Assembly: GCA_002269645.1 (NCBI GenBank)
Contig: NIVC01000353.1
Coordinates: 248,001 to 312,000, forward strand
Direction of reading: 5' to 3'
DNA length: 64,000 nucleotides
Origin: Macrostomum lignano
Taxonomy: Eukaryota
This document shows positions 61,685 to 64,000 of this stretch, in pieces. The position numbers and the translations under genes were made by a program. Position 1 is the stretch's first letter; every line of letters begins with the position of its first letter. A model generated the notes under the pieces. It had not been told where the DNA came from and did no database searches. It saw nothing but the letters and a program-made list of their open reading frames with translations.

Positions 61685-61979
61685 TCCCTTTCACAATTTC
61701 TCTCAATCTCCCTCTCACAATCTCTCTCCATCTCCCTCTCACACACACTCTCTCCATCTCCCTCTCACACACACTCTCTCCATCTCCCTCTCACACACAC
61801 TCTCTCCATCTCCCTCTCACACACACTCTCTCCATCTCCCTCTCACACACACTCTCTCCATCTCCAAAATCGTTATTAACAGGCAGCATGCATGTACATG
61901 TACTCACAGATTTGCCGATATTTGTATCGGTAAGCTCCCTCATACATCTATTGGTTCCTTTTTGTCTACGCTTCTCATC

Positions 61980-62543
61980 AAAGAATTTCCCGGCAACAAT
62001 TTTTTGACTGTCAGGATGGACTGCGCGCTGCCACAACTGATGCCACAGGCCTCTGCTATCTCAGCAACAGTCACTCGCCTGTCCTCGTCAAGGAGGCTCT
62101 GGACGCTGTCGATGACACTCTGGCTGGTGGAGGTCCTGGTTCTCCCACTGCGAGGTTCGTCTTCGAAGTCACCTTTGCCTCCTTCAAAACTATGAATCCA
62201 GCGGATGATGGTGCGATACGATGGTGCAGACTCCCCATGTTGCTCACGCAAACAGGCTTCGATTTCCTTTGCTGCTGTGCCCCGCCTCCACTCATAATGG
62301 ATGATGGCACGTATGGCTTCGCTTGAGACTGACATAGTCGCTCAGGGTCGGTGAAGAAAAAATGCTGTAGATTCTCGTTTATGTTTAAGTAGGGGACATA
62401 ATGTGTCTATGGTAACAACTAAAATCAATTTAAGAAAAGTCCCATGTGCTCATGGATGAAGGAATAGAATAGAACTTCTATTCCTTCATTCACGCATGTA
62501 CTGAAAAAATTATGCAGTGACAGAACTTTTTGATCGCCCCTCG
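61980..62543 (-). mobile_element. Truncated mariner element: one TIR plus the N-terminal HTH part of the transposase
   Basis: TA|CGAGGGGCGATCAAAAAGTT TIR ending at 62543. ORF 62335-61940 reads IRAIIHYEW...SYRTIIRW...FEDEPRSGR...DRRVTVAEIAEACGIS. No DDD domain or second TIR. Confidence 0.85.
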
Positions 62544-62545
62544 TA

Positions 62546-63205
62546 CCATAGACAAAAGAGAACAATACTTGATACAGATTGCCCTATCCCAGCCATAGAC
62601 AAAAGAGAACAATACTTGATACAGATTGCCCTATCCCAGCCATAGACAAAAGAGAACAATACTTGATACAGATTGCCCTATCCCAGCCATAGACAAAAGA
62701 GAACAATACTTGATACAGATTGCCCTATCCCAGCCATAGACAAAAGAGAACAATACTTGATACAGATTGCCCTATCCCAGCCATAGACAAAAGAGAACAA
62801 TACTTGATACAGATTGCCCTATCCCAGCCATAGACAAAAGAGAACAATACTTGATACAGATTGCCCTATCCCAGCCATAGACAAAAGAGAACAATACTTG
62901 ATACAGATTGCCCTATCCCAGCCATAGACAAAAGAGAACAATACTTGATACAGATTGCCCTATCCCAGCCATGGACAAAAGAGAACAATACTTGATACAG
63001 ATTGCCCTATCCCAGCCATGGACAAAAGAGAACAATACTTGATACAGATTGCCCTATCCCAGCCATGGACAAAAGAGAACAATACTTGATACAGATTGCC
63101 CTATCCCAGCCATGGACAAAAGAGAACAATACTTGATACAGATTGCCCTATCCCAGCCATGGACAAAAGAGAACAATACTTGATACAGATTGCCCTATCC
63201 CAGCC
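62546..63205. repeat. 47-bp minisatellite (CCATAGACAAAAGAGAACAATACTTGATACAGATTGCCCTATCCCAG), about 14 copies
   Basis: Period 47 (62581 and 62628); starts directly after the mariner TA. Confidence 0.95.
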
Positions 63206-63834
63206 AATATCCACATTTTGGCAACAACCTTCGCATTGTTTGCATGTGACTTACGGTAAATCATTGCTTAGAAGAGTAGATTTTCGATGAGTGGTACAGC
63301 AATACTAATCAGAAATGAGTTACCCCCCCTCCCTGTCAAAGAGAAAAATCCTCACCAATTAATTTCATAAAAAACCCAGCCTCTCATTTGCAAATTTCAG
63401 TCTTCAATCGAGTTTCCATCTGCTTTTTGTTCCTTTTGCATCCTTGAAACCAAATTAAAAAGCTGTGATGAGCATCCCCCGTTTTGTCAAGATTAACCTA
63501 ACCCCACAGAAATCCCTCTGTGCTCAGAAGAAAAAGGTTAGAGTCGTATTAGTAGGTAGCGGAAAAAGCTTCTGCTGCAAAGCCCTTTAAGGAATTAGTT
63601 TTCTTCAAACAGATAAAAAGGCTCACCGAAAGAGCTATTATTTAAACCTGTTGCCATCGACTCAAATTATGTCTCCTCGACGATGACGAGGGAAACCTTC
63701 TGAAGTCACGAAAGCGGAGGCTGCTGAGCTAAGAAAAAATGAGCGATTGGAAACTTTTGTCATTCCATCTTGATTAGAGGACTATTCTTCTTCTTCTGAC
63801 GCTGAGCTGATTTTAGGGTCCGCAGCCAGAGTTA

Positions 63835-64000
63835 TGGGGCGAGCGGGTTTAAGGATCCGCTGTTCGAGTTGGGGGCGGATTTTTGAATCGGTTGCTCGAG
63901 TTGGGGGCGGTTTTGAGGATCCGCTATTCGAGTTGGGGCGGTTTTGAGTTGGGGGCGGTTTTGAGGATCCGCTATTCGAGTTGGGGGTGGATTTTGGAAT
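63835..64000. repeat. G-rich tandem repeat (GGATCCGCTATTCGAGTTGGGGGCGGTTTTGA variants), cut by the window end
   Basis: 4-5 partial copies. Confidence 0.75.

Larger units (their letters stand above)
55575..61865. repeat. CT-rich 24-26-bp minisatellite (CTCTCTCCATCTCCCTCTCACACA), split by the Gypsy insertion into 55575-57048 and 61685-61865
   Basis: The same unit continues on both sides of the LTR element. Confidence 0.9.

Overview
Eukaryotic (animal) genomic DNA, not prokaryotic. GC-rich exons with poly-Q/poly-A tracts, GT-AG introns as short as 78-102 bp, and very dense locus-specific minisatellites. The style resembles a free-living flatworm such as Macrostomum, but that is inference only. 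Spliced genes reconstructed by hand with consistent intron phases: a CEP15/C3orf14-like gene (+, 10.6-13.8 kb), an HSD17B14-like short-chain dehydrogenase (-, 15.7-18.0 kb), an unrecognised 131-aa gene (-, 18.3-21.6 kb), an AP-2/TFAP2 transcription factor with a clear promoter (+, 32.2-40.5 kb), TMEM258 (-, 41.7-41.9 kb) and a rhodopsin-class peptide-receptor-like GPCR (-, 49.3-54.3 kb). Mobile elements: two Ty3/Gypsy LTR retrotransposons (the 3' part of one at 1-6.8 kb with an extra post-pol ORF; a complete but disrupted one at 57.0-61.7 kb), a decayed DD37D (maT) transposon with a nested Merlin derivative, MULE-like and hAT-like MITEs, a mariner fragment, a tRNA-derived SINE-like element, and two near-identical copies of an (ATCT)n-tailed repeat. 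More than 20 distinct tandem arrays cover roughly a third or more of the window (estimated by eye). No single novel system is proven. The best leads are: nearly every long intron carries its own minisatellite; the Gypsy accessory ORF and its CRE/MEF2 LTR enhancer; an AP-2 site cluster inside the AP-2 gene; an operon-like gene pair; and a C-to-T decay signature that includes CpA. All coordinates were read by eye and array boundaries are approximate.
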